Source: Arcobacteraceae bacterium
GTDB lineage: Bacteria; Campylobacterota; Campylobacteria; Campylobacterales; Arcobacteraceae
NCBI GenBank assembly: GCA_963662945.1
Contig: OY759974.1
Coordinates: 32,001-96,000 of the forward strand
Direction of reading: 5' to 3'
DNA length: 64,000 nucleotides
Shown: positions 20,811-28,913 of the stretch, piece after piece
Numbering within the stretch: the stretch's first letter is position 1
How the letters are laid out: each line of letters opens with the position of its first letter
The notes under the pieces: model-generated
Seen by the model: only the letters and a program-made list of their open reading frames with translations
The model's database searches: none
Told to the model about the DNA's origin: nothing
Program-made: the position numbers and the translations under genes

Positions 20811-21621
20811 TTGCTAAAAATCCTTTAAAATCTTCTAAAAAATATATCAGTCTATGGCTTGCAATTCCAGCATAATGTTTATCAATCATATAAATGTTAT
20901 TTGTTTTAGTAGCATTTATAGGTAATTTTAGCCAAGGGTTGATAAGTTGTTCACAAGTGAGATGTTTATCTTCTCTAAAAGGGGCAAGAAGTATCACTAT
21001 ATCTGGATTGGTTGCTATGATATTTTCCATATTTAAAATAGGTTGACCAACTCTATTACTTTTAAAAGCATTTGTATTTCCACTTTGATTGATAATATCA
21101 TCAAAATAGAGATTTTGACCAGCTACAAAAATCCGTTTTTCTAACGATACATTATGACCAATCACCATAAGTATTTTCTGATTTTTTATAATGTTTTGTA
21201 TCTCTTGTAGTTTTGTGTTTAAAGTATTTAAAATCTCTTGTGCTTTTTGTTGCTTATTGAGAATTTCACCAATGGTTTGTATACTTTTTTTAATATCTTC
21301 TAAGGTCTTCAAACTTAAAACTTGTGTAGAGATTCCTAGTTGTTGTAGTTTGTGTGATAGTTCAAGACTACTTTGTTGCATTATCACCATATCAGGTTTC
21401 AAACTTAAAATTTTTTCTAAAGAGGGAGAAAAATATCCCCCAACTTTTGGTTTTGATTGTGCATTTTGAGGAAAAGTACAATGAGTAGTATTCCCCACAA
21501 TTTTATCTCCACTTTCTAATGCATAAATAATCTCATTGATAGATGGACTTAAAGCTATGATTCTCTCATAAGAGAATAGATTAGTAACTAATACAAAGAG
21601 AATAAGAAACTTTAATTGCAT
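20785..21621 (-). CDS. btuF: Periplasmic corrinoid-binding protein (BtuF-like)
   Basis: Signal peptide, RIIALSPSINEII, SLEKILSLKPD, NPDIVIL; probable start ATG 21621 overlapping the end of the upstream gene. Confidence 0.85.
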   Translation of the reverse strand: MQLKFLILFVLVTNLFSYERIIALSPSINEIIYALESGDKIVGNTTHCTFPQNAQSKPKVGGYFSPSLEKILSLKPDMVIMQQSSLELSHKLQQLGISTQVLSLKTLEDIKKSIQTIGEILNKQQKAQEILNTLNTKLQEIQNIIKNQKILMVIGHNVSLEKRIFVAGQNLYFDDIINQSGNTNAFKSNRVGQPILNMENIIATNPDIVILLAPFREDKHLTCEQLINPWLKLPINATKTNNIYMIDKHYAGIASHRLIYFLEDFKGFLANARDKKLQ

Positions 21622-21974
21622 GATGCAGCTTTGTAGCAATCTTCAACTTTATAAATCCAAGTCATCGTTTTATTGTCATGAAGTTTATAGTTTGATGCCA
21701 TTTTATGAACACTTTGAGCATCAATAAGATAAAACCATCCATATTTCCCTTTTTGTGATAATTTCCCATTAATTGAACGAACAAAGTTGTATTTACCTGT
21801 TTTTGAAGTTTCTATTGTAGCAACTCTATCAAGAATACTTAAAGCAGTTTCACCATTTTCATAGGTTGTTTTCACAACTGTATCTGCTCTATTATCATCA
21901 TAAACGATAGTCACTGTTAACTCATTTGCAAATATATTAAGTACTAAAAAAGCGATAAGAAGAAACTGTTTCAT
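21612..21974 (-). CDS. Secreted DUF4430 / transcobalamin C-terminal-like beta-domain protein
   Basis: Signal peptide; GETALSIL ... FVRSING ... GWFYLID ... ASNYKL..N.TMTWIY pattern; lies between btuB and btuF. Confidence 0.75.
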   Translation of the reverse strand: MKQFLLIAFLVLNIFANELTVTIVYDDNRADTVVKTTYENGETALSILDRVATIETSKTGKYNFVRSINGKLSQKGKYGWFYLIDAQSVHKMASNYKLHDNKTMTWIYKVEDCYKAASCN

Positions 21975-23782
21975 TAGAAGCTAACCTTTATACCTGCATA
22001 ATATGCTCTTGGACTTGTAGCATATCCATTGACTGTTTGATAATATTTATTGGTAATATTATCACATTTCCCATAAAGTTTTAAATTCTTAGTTAAATCA
22101 TAGTTTATAACAAAGTTCATAACTGTATATCTACCAGTTTGAGCACTTACTGTATGTGTACCATAAGTATATTCAACTCTTTCCCCTACATACTCTCCAT
22201 TTAATCCAAAATGTAGTTTAGTAACTCCATAATAATCAACACCAAATTTTAAATTTTCTTTTGGAACTCTTTGCAGTTGATATCCATCATTATCTATTGC
22301 TTTATTTCTTGTATAATTAAGATTTAGTAGTGTATTTGCTAAGATATTTTTTTGATATGCTATTTCATATCCTTTTAGTCGTGTTGTCCCATCTAGATTA
22401 CCATATTTTGAAATACCGCTATCATAATCAATCATATCTTTTACTTTATTATAAAAGTAAGTAATCTGTAAATCTTTATATTCTACTGAGATATCATACG
22501 ATTGTGTTGTTTCTGGTTTTAAATTTTCATTTCCATAAGTAGAATAAAGATTGTAAAGTGTCGGTACATTATAAGCTGTCCCAGCGTTTGTACTCAAAGA
22601 TAAATCTTCATTAAAATTATGTTTTAATCCAATTTTTCCAGTTGTTTTATTATCAAATTTATTGTAATGATCAACTCTTACAGATTCAGTAAGGATTGTG
22701 TTATTTATTTTATTGTTGTTTGTTACAAATACAGCTTTGTTATTGTACTTTTGATTTATAGTATTTGTGTGTTCAAAATCTTTATAATCAGTTCCAACTA
22801 TCACAAATGAACTTTCATTTAAATAGGAGAAATTTGTTCTAACACCATATTCATTTACTTTCCCATCAAACTCTGAAATAGTACCGTTTGCATTGTTTTC
22901 TCTATCAAAAACTGATTTATTGTATTGTACAATTGTTGTAGATATTGCATTTTTGTTTTCATAAGTGATGTTACTAAAGCTATCATCTGTAAGCATTTCA
23001 TAACCATTTTGCAGTGTTACAGATTTATCATATTCACTTCTTGCATCTATTTTTGTATGAGAGATATCAAATTTATTATTATCATCTATATTTACACCAG
23101 CTTTGATACTTGATGTTGTATTTTCATATTTGTCATCTTCATAACTATTTATATCATTACCTTTAGTAGCTCGTGATGTAAAGCCATCTGTTTTTAGCTT
23201 TTGTGAATTGAGTTTCAGATAGTAGTTATTCGTTTTATAGGAAGCAGTTGCTCCATATTTTCTCGTATTGAAGCTTCCAAACTCTGCATCAATTTCTCCA
23301 GAAAGACCTTTTGGTGGTGTTTTTGTTATGATATTAATCACCCCAGCACTAGCATCTGCACCCCAAATACCACTTTGAGCACCTTTGATAATCTCTATTT
23401 TTGATATATCTGTTACCATTAAATGTTCAAATGGTGCACCATTAAGACCTGTAATATCATTGTATCTTATACCATCAATAAGTACTAAAACTCGCTTACT
23501 ATCAAAACCTCTAAGTCTCACTGAAGTTGTGCTTCCAGGTCCTCCATTTGCTGTAAAACTTATACCACTAATAAGGTTTAAAGCATCACTTACATTTGTA
23601 ATATGTTTTTCTTCTAGTTCTGTTGCTGTAATCACATCAATATTTGATGTTACATCTTTGATTGATTGTTCCGATTTAGTAGCACTTGAAACTGTTATTG
23701 TTCCTAAGTCTTCATTTGCATTTATTATTGTAGCCGTACAAAATAAACTAGCCACTAGGCTTAGTTTTATTGTTTTTGTCAT
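21974..23782 (-). CDS. btuB: TonB-dependent outer-membrane receptor (BtuB-like)
   Basis: TonB box TITVSS, plug motifs LRGFDSKRVLVLIDG and IEIIKGAQSGIWGADASAGVINIITK, C-terminal Phe; first gene of the B12 operon. Confidence 0.85.
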   Translation of the reverse strand: MTKTIKLSLVASLFCTATIINANEDLGTITVSSATKSEQSIKDVTSNIDVITATELEEKHITNVSDALNLISGISFTANGGPGSTTSVRLRGFDSKRVLVLIDGIRYNDITGLNGAPFEHLMVTDISKIEIIKGAQSGIWGADASAGVINIITKTPPKGLSGEIDAEFGSFNTRKYGATASYKTNNYYLKLNSQKLKTDGFTSRATKGNDINSYEDDKYENTTSSIKAGVNIDDNNKFDISHTKIDARSEYDKSVTLQNGYEMLTDDSFSNITYENKNAISTTIVQYNKSVFDRENNANGTISEFDGKVNEYGVRTNFSYLNESSFVIVGTDYKDFEHTNTINQKYNNKAVFVTNNNKINNTILTESVRVDHYNKFDNKTTGKIGLKHNFNEDLSLSTNAGTAYNVPTLYNLYSTYGNENLKPETTQSYDISVEYKDLQITYFYNKVKDMIDYDSGISKYGNLDGTTRLKGYEIAYQKNILANTLLNLNYTRNKAIDNDGYQLQRVPKENLKFGVDYYGVTKLHFGLNGEYVGERVEYTYGTHTVSAQTGRYTVMNFVINYDLTKNLKLYGKCDNITNKYYQTVNGYATSPRAYYAGIKVSF

Positions 23783-23816
23783 TATTTTCCCTTAAAATTT
23801 TAATTGTGAATATTTG

Positions 23817-23987
23817 TTAATAATTAAAAGTTAAAAAGGGAGGAGAGGTTTTATATTCCTGATATTCAAAGGCTTTAAGATGGTATTGTTGATTTGCATC
23901 GATTGTACATAGTTTGTACATTGTAGAATACATAGCAATAATTGCTAAACTAAAGTATCGTTTACCATAACCTCTTAAGTGTTTCAT
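23817..23987 (-). CDS. Putative leader peptide (uORF), 56 aa, ending ...EYKTSPPFLTFNY
   Basis: ATG 7 nt after ggTAAAAT (23995-24000, minus strand) with no SD; fills the btuB 5' region; Pro-Pro codons are complementary to the btuB SD. Confidence 0.6.
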   Translation of the reverse strand: MKHLRGYGKRYFSLAIIAMYSTMYKLCTIDANQQYHLKAFEYQEYKTSPPFLTFNY

Positions 23988-23994
23988 AACGCGG

Positions 23995-24029
23995 ATTTTA
24001 CCCAATAGTTACTTATTTTTAGGTATAAT
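23995..24029. promoter_or_regulatory. Back-to-back sigma70 -10 boxes (TAAAAT on minus for uORF/btuB; TATAAT on plus for cvfB)
   Basis: Both fit gnTAnAAT and lie 6-7 nt upstream of an ATG. Confidence 0.65.
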
Positions 24030-24035
24030 CTCATT

Positions 24036-24881
24036 ATGATAAACGAACACATACAATTAGGTGAGATGAACACCCTAAAAATCAACAGAATAACAGAACC
24101 AGGTATTTACTTAGAAGCCTTAGATGAAGAGGTGGTACTTTTACCAAATGCTTATATTACTCCTTCTATGCAAGTAGATGATGAGCTAGAAGTTTTTATA
24201 TATACAGATAGTGAAGATAGATTAGTTGCAACAACACAAATGCCTTATGGTATGAAAAATCAATTTATGTTTACAAAAGTTGTAGATACAACTAATTTTG
24301 GGGCTTTTGTAGACTGGGGATTACAAAAAGATTTATTTGTACCTAAAAATAGACAAAAAACACCTTTTAGAGTAGGGGAATCACGAATTGTTAGAATTGT
24401 AGAAGATGAAGAAACTTCAAGACTTATTGGTGTAGAAAAAATCACTTCTTATTTAAGCAATGAAACACAAAATCTAGCAAAAAATCAAGAAGTAGAAATA
24501 CTCCTTTTTGCTAAAACACCGATGGGATATAAAGTAATCATCAATGATACTTATGAAGGTATGATATATAAGAATGAAATCTTTAGTGATGTAAATGTGG
24601 GTGAAAAACTTAAAGCGTATATCAAAAATATAAGAGATGATAAAAAAGTAGATGTATCACTGCAACCAATTGGGAAAAACAATGCAGATGATATTAATAC
24701 AAAAAAAGTATTAGATGTATTAGAGCAAAATTTCAATGACTTACCATATAATTACAAAACAGATGCAGATACTATCAAAGAGCTTTTTGGTATCAGTAAA
24801 AAAGCTTATAAAAGAGCTTTAACAAAACTTGTAGAAGACAATATTATAAAGCTAGATGATGAGGGTATGAGTAAGATTTAA
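24036..24881 (+). CDS. cvfB: S1-domain RNA-binding protein, CvfB family
   Basis: VFIYTDSEDRLVAT, GAFVDWGLQKDLFVP, FGISKKAYKRAL. Confidence 0.88.
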   Translation: MINEHIQLGEMNTLKINRITEPGIYLEALDEEVVLLPNAYITPSMQVDDELEVFIYTDSEDRLVATTQMPYGMKNQFMFTKVVDTTNFGAFVDWGLQKDLFVPKNRQKTPFRVGESRIVRIVEDEETSRLIGVEKITSYLSNETQNLAKNQEVEILLFAKTPMGYKVIINDTYEGMIYKNEIFSDVNVGEKLKAYIKNIRDDKKVDVSLQPIGKNNADDINTKKVLDVLEQNFNDLPYNYKTDADTIKELFGISKKAYKRALTKLVEDNIIKLDDEGMSKI

Positions 24882-24911
24882 TTAAGTAGAGAAAAATACG
24901 AGGAAAAATAA

Positions 24912-26468
24912 ATGAATAATAAACTAAATTTAGAAACACTAGAAAAATGGCTTTGGGATAGTGCCAACATATTAAGAGGGCATATAGACTCAAGCGATTT
25001 TAAAAACTATATTTTTGGTTTAATGTTTTTAAAAAGAGCTAGCGACCAATTTTTTGAAGAAGCAAAAATAGCTGTTGAAAAAGAGGGAATTGATTTAGAA
25101 GAAGCCATTGAGGACGAAGATTATCATAGATTTTTTATTCCTAAAACTGCATGGTGGAGTGAAATTGCCAAAAAAACTGAAAATATTGGTCAAGCCATAG
25201 ACCAAGCTTTTTCTTCAATAGAAGAATATAACTCTTCTTTAGAGGGAGTTATGACAGCTGTTCATTTTGGAGATAGTGAGAAACTTCCTGATAGTTTATT
25301 ATCAAGACTTTTACAACACTTCAATAAATATTCTTTAGCAAATAGCGACCTTGAAAATCCTGATATTTTAGGAAACTCTTATGAGTATTTGATAAGACAA
25401 TTTGCCGACGATAGTGGAAAAAAAGGTGGAGAGTTCTATACTCCAAAAGAGGTTGTTCAACTACTTGTGCAACTTATTAAGCCAGAAGCTGGAAATAGTA
25501 TCTACGACCCAACTTGTGGTTCAGGTGGAATGTTAATCGAATCAGCTCACTATATCGCAAAAAATGGTGGAATGTTGGGTGAATATGTAAACTGTACACT
25601 AAAAGGTCAAGAAAAAAATCTAGGAACTTGGGCTGTTTGTAAAATCAATATGATAGTTCATAACTTCAAAGATAGCGATATAAGAAAGGGCGATACTTTA
25701 GGAAGCCCAAAACATATCATAAATGGAGAACTTGAAACTTTTGATAGGGTTATTGCTAATCCTCCATTTTCACTTTCAAACTGGTGGGAATCAGCAGAAG
25801 TTGATATAAAAAATGACGCAAAAGGTAAACCTATAACTCCTAAATACAACGATTTAGTATCAGACGAATATGGAAGATTTAAGTATGGTATTCCTCCAAG
25901 AAGTTATGGGGATTTAGCATTTTTACAACACATGTTAAGTGTACTAAAACAAAATGGAAAAATGGGAATAGTTTTACCCCATGGAGTTTTATTTAGGGGC
26001 TCAAGTGAGGGGAAAATCAGAGAGGCACTTTTAAAAGAAGATTTAATAGAAGCTATTATTGGACTTCCTGAAAAACTATTTTACAATACAGGAATCCCTG
26101 CAAGTATCATAATCATAAATAAATCTAAACCACAAAATCTAAAAAACAAAGTTATCATAATAGACGCTTCAAAAGAGTATAAAGAGGGTAAAAATCAAAA
26201 TACTCTAAACCCTGAAAGTATTGAAAAAACAGTAATTGCTTATGAATCTATGCAAGATATAGAAAAGTTTATGAGAATCGTTGATTTAGAAGAAATCAAA
26301 GAAAACGAATACAATCTAAATATAGCAAGATATATAGATACAAGTAGCGAAGAAGTGATAATAAATATCGAAAATGTAATAAATAAAATAGCCCATATTG
26401 AAGAGAAAGAAAAAGAGATTGATTCTAAGTTAAATGAATATTTAAGAACTTTAGGGTTTGTGTTATGA
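24912..26468 (+). CDS. hsdM: Type I restriction-modification methyltransferase subunit
   Basis: GEFYTP, YDPTCGSGGML, catalytic ANPPF, VLPHGVLFRG, YNLNIARYI. Confidence 0.97.
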   Translation: MNNKLNLETLEKWLWDSANILRGHIDSSDFKNYIFGLMFLKRASDQFFEEAKIAVEKEGIDLEEAIEDEDYHRFFIPKTAWWSEIAKKTENIGQAIDQAFSSIEEYNSSLEGVMTAVHFGDSEKLPDSLLSRLLQHFNKYSLANSDLENPDILGNSYEYLIRQFADDSGKKGGEFYTPKEVVQLLVQLIKPEAGNSIYDPTCGSGGMLIESAHYIAKNGGMLGEYVNCTLKGQEKNLGTWAVCKINMIVHNFKDSDIRKGDTLGSPKHIINGELETFDRVIANPPFSLSNWWESAEVDIKNDAKGKPITPKYNDLVSDEYGRFKYGIPPRSYGDLAFLQHMLSVLKQNGKMGIVLPHGVLFRGSSEGKIREALLKEDLIEAIIGLPEKLFYNTGIPASIIIINKSKPQNLKNKVIIIDASKEYKEGKNQNTLNPESIEKTVIAYESMQDIEKFMRIVDLEEIKENEYNLNIARYIDTSSEEVIINIENVINKIAHIEEKEKEIDSKLNEYLRTLGFVL

Positions 26469-27721
26469 GTAATTTGCCTAAAGGTTGGGAATTAGTTACT
26501 TTAGAATCAGTAACTAATAAAATGCAATCGGGTGGTACCCCTAAATCTACGAATGAAGATTTTTATAATGGTAAAATCCCTTTTGTTAAAATAGAAGATA
26601 TAACTTCTTGTAAAAAATTTTTAACAAAAACAAAAATAACAATTAATGAAGAAGGATTAAAAAATAGTAGTGCATGGCTAGTACCAAAAGATTCTATTTT
26701 ATACTCAATGTATGCTTCTTTAGGATTTTTAGCAATCAATAAAATACCTGTTTCTACAAATCAAGCTATTATGAATATTATTCCAAATTCTGAAAAAATT
26801 GATTTAGAATACTTATATCAATTTTTATTAGATTTAAAAAATAAAATTGACAAATTTATCGACCAAACAACTCAAAAAAATTTAAATGCTCAAAAAGTTA
26901 AGAATTTTCTTATTCCTCTTCCACCCCTTGAAGAACAAAAGAAAATCGCTGATATTTTAAGTACAGTTGATAAAAAAATAGCTTTTGTAGAAGAAAATAT
27001 AAATGCAACAGAAGAGCTAAAAAAAGGTTTAATGCAAAAACTTCTCACAGAGGGAATCTGTCATACAGAGTTTAAAGATAGCGAACTTGGTAGAATTCCT
27101 GAAAGTTGGGAGGTTGTACCATTTATTGAATTAGCAGATAAAAATATTAAGCATTCTTTTACAGGAGGACCTTTTGGCTCTGATTTAAAAAGTGAACATT
27201 ATACAGATATTGGAGTTAGAGTTATTCAACTTCAAAATATTGGTGACGGTTATTTTATAAATAATGATTTTGTATATGTTTCTGAAGAAAAAGCTGAATC
27301 ATTAAAATCTTGCCAAATTTACCCAAACGATATAATACTTGCAAAAATGGCTGAACCTGTTGCCAGAGCTTGTTTAATTCCTGATATTGAAAGCAAATAT
27401 ATTATGTGTTCAGACGGTATTCGTTTAAAAGTAGATAATTCAAAATTTAATACAGAATTTATTTTTTATTCAATTAATTATGATAATTTTAGAAAAATTG
27501 CAGTGGCAAGAAGTACGGGAACAACGAGATTAAGAATTGGTTTAAGTGCTTTAAAATCTATACCAATAGTTATTCCTCCACTTGAAGAACAAAAACAAAT
27601 AGCAGAAATTCTTTCAACAGTTGATAATAAATTAGAAAATTTAAAAGAAAAAAAACAATCTTTTGAAAATCTAAAAAAAGGTTTAATGCAAAAACTACTT
27701 ACTGGAGAGGTTAGGGTTTAA
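26465..27721 (+). CDS. hsdS: Type I R-M specificity subunit with two TRDs
   Basis: LPKGW / IPESW, and PPLEEQK.IA.ILSTVD ... LKKGLMQKLLT present twice. Confidence 0.96.
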   Translation: MSNLPKGWELVTLESVTNKMQSGGTPKSTNEDFYNGKIPFVKIEDITSCKKFLTKTKITINEEGLKNSSAWLVPKDSILYSMYASLGFLAINKIPVSTNQAIMNIIPNSEKIDLEYLYQFLLDLKNKIDKFIDQTTQKNLNAQKVKNFLIPLPPLEEQKKIADILSTVDKKIAFVEENINATEELKKGLMQKLLTEGICHTEFKDSELGRIPESWEVVPFIELADKNIKHSFTGGPFGSDLKSEHYTDIGVRVIQLQNIGDGYFINNDFVYVSEEKAESLKSCQIYPNDIILAKMAEPVARACLIPDIESKYIMCSDGIRLKVDNSKFNTEFIFYSINYDNFRKIAVARSTGTTRLRIGLSALKSIPIVIPPLEEQKQIAEILSTVDNKLENLKEKKQSFENLKKGLMQKLLTGEVRV

Positions 27722-27722
27722 T

Positions 27723-28790
27723 ATGGAGTTTATACCAAACAACTTACCCCTTGATATAGATATTGAAACAAAAGCTATACTAAAAAAATCAATTTTGGCA
27801 AATAAAGCACTTGCAAAACTTAATGGTGTAGCTAAAATCATACCTAATCAGGCTATTTTGATAAACTCTTTGATTTTACAAGAAGCAAAAGATAGTTCTG
27901 AAATTGAGAATATCATAACTACCCATGACGAACTATATCAATCAAGTTTGGATATTTCAAATATTTCTCACGCCACAAAAGAAGTACAAAGTTATAGCAG
28001 AGCCTTATTAAAAGGTTTTGATTTGGTTAAAGAGACTTCTTTACTTCTAACTCGGCATATTGTAGATATTCAACAAGAACTAGAGGGAAATGTTGCAGGT
28101 ATTAGAAAACAAGCTGGAACAGTTCTAAAAAATCTCGCATCTGGTGAAGTGATTCATACTCCACCACAAGAAGAATCAACTATAAGAAAACTTCTTGATA
28201 ATCTTGAACAGTATATAAATACAAATGACGGAATAGACCCACTTATTAAAATGGCAATTATTCATTATCAATTTGAAACTATTCACCCATTTTATGACGG
28301 TAATGGAAGAACTGGAAGAATTATAAATATTTTGTATTTGGTTTTAAATGAGCTTTTAGATTTACCAATTTTGTATTTAAGTAGTTATATTATCAAACAT
28401 AAAGCTGATTATTACAGACTCTTACAAGAGGTGAGAACCAAAGGAAGTTGGGAAGAGTGGATTATTTATATGCTTGAGGGAATTGAACAAACAGCGACTA
28501 AACAAGTTCAATTAATCAATGATATAAAAGAGTTAATGGATAACACAAAAGAAAAACTAAAATCTGAACTTCCAAAGATTTACTCAAAAGACCTTTTAGA
28601 AGTATTGTTCATTCACCCTTATACAAAAATTGATATGTTGGTGGATAATTTGGAACTTCATAGAGATACCGCAAGTAAGCATTTAAAATCTATGGAAAAA
28701 ATTGGTATTTTAAATAGTGTACAAATTAAAAACAGTAAATTTTATGTAAATGTAAAACTTTTTGAACTTCTTCAAAAAGGTTTTTTATAA
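27723..28790 (+). CDS. Fic-family AMP transferase (class II) with C-terminal wHTH-like region
   Basis: Canonical HPFYDGNGRTGR; N-terminal inhibitory motif SSEIEN; C-terminal RDTASKHLKSMEKIGIL. Confidence 0.93.
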   Translation: MEFIPNNLPLDIDIETKAILKKSILANKALAKLNGVAKIIPNQAILINSLILQEAKDSSEIENIITTHDELYQSSLDISNISHATKEVQSYSRALLKGFDLVKETSLLLTRHIVDIQQELEGNVAGIRKQAGTVLKNLASGEVIHTPPQEESTIRKLLDNLEQYINTNDGIDPLIKMAIIHYQFETIHPFYDGNGRTGRIINILYLVLNELLDLPILYLSSYIIKHKADYYRLLQEVRTKGSWEEWIIYMLEGIEQTATKQVQLINDIKELMDNTKEKLKSELPKIYSKDLLEVLFIHPYTKIDMLVDNLELHRDTASKHLKSMEKIGILNSVQIKNSKFYVNVKLFELLQKGFL

Positions 28791-28889
28791 AAGCTATGCT
28801 GAAAAAATGCAAAAATTTCGACATAGATTAAAAGCTATGCTGAAAAAATGCAAAAAAACCGACATAGGTTGAAAGCTATGTTGAAAAAT
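28790..28889. repeat. About 2.4 tandem copies of a 41-bp unit with an internal imperfect palindrome
   Basis: AAAGCTATGCTGAAAAAATGCAAAAATTTCGACATAGATTA (28790-28830), AAAGCTATGCTGAAAAAATGCAAAAAAACCGACATAGGTTG (28831-28871), partial AAAGCTATGTTGAAAAAT (28872-28889). Confidence 0.93.
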
Positions 28890-28913
28890 AAAATAATTTA
28901 CGAAGGATAAAAT

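Noticed and set aside
23903-23921. TTGTACAT direct repeat (11-bp period) inside the uORF as a regulator site
   Set aside because: It lies well downstream of the predicted start site and within coding sequence; no independent support.
23783-24035. Cobalamin riboswitch upstream of btuB
   Set aside because: Expected from context, but I find no GGGAA / GCCCCCGC-ACTGT core or B12-box, and the interval is AT-rich and occupied by an ORF. An Infernal scan is needed to exclude a divergent one.
28790-28889. CRISPR array
   Set aside because: Units are contiguous with no unique spacers, and no cas genes are in the window.
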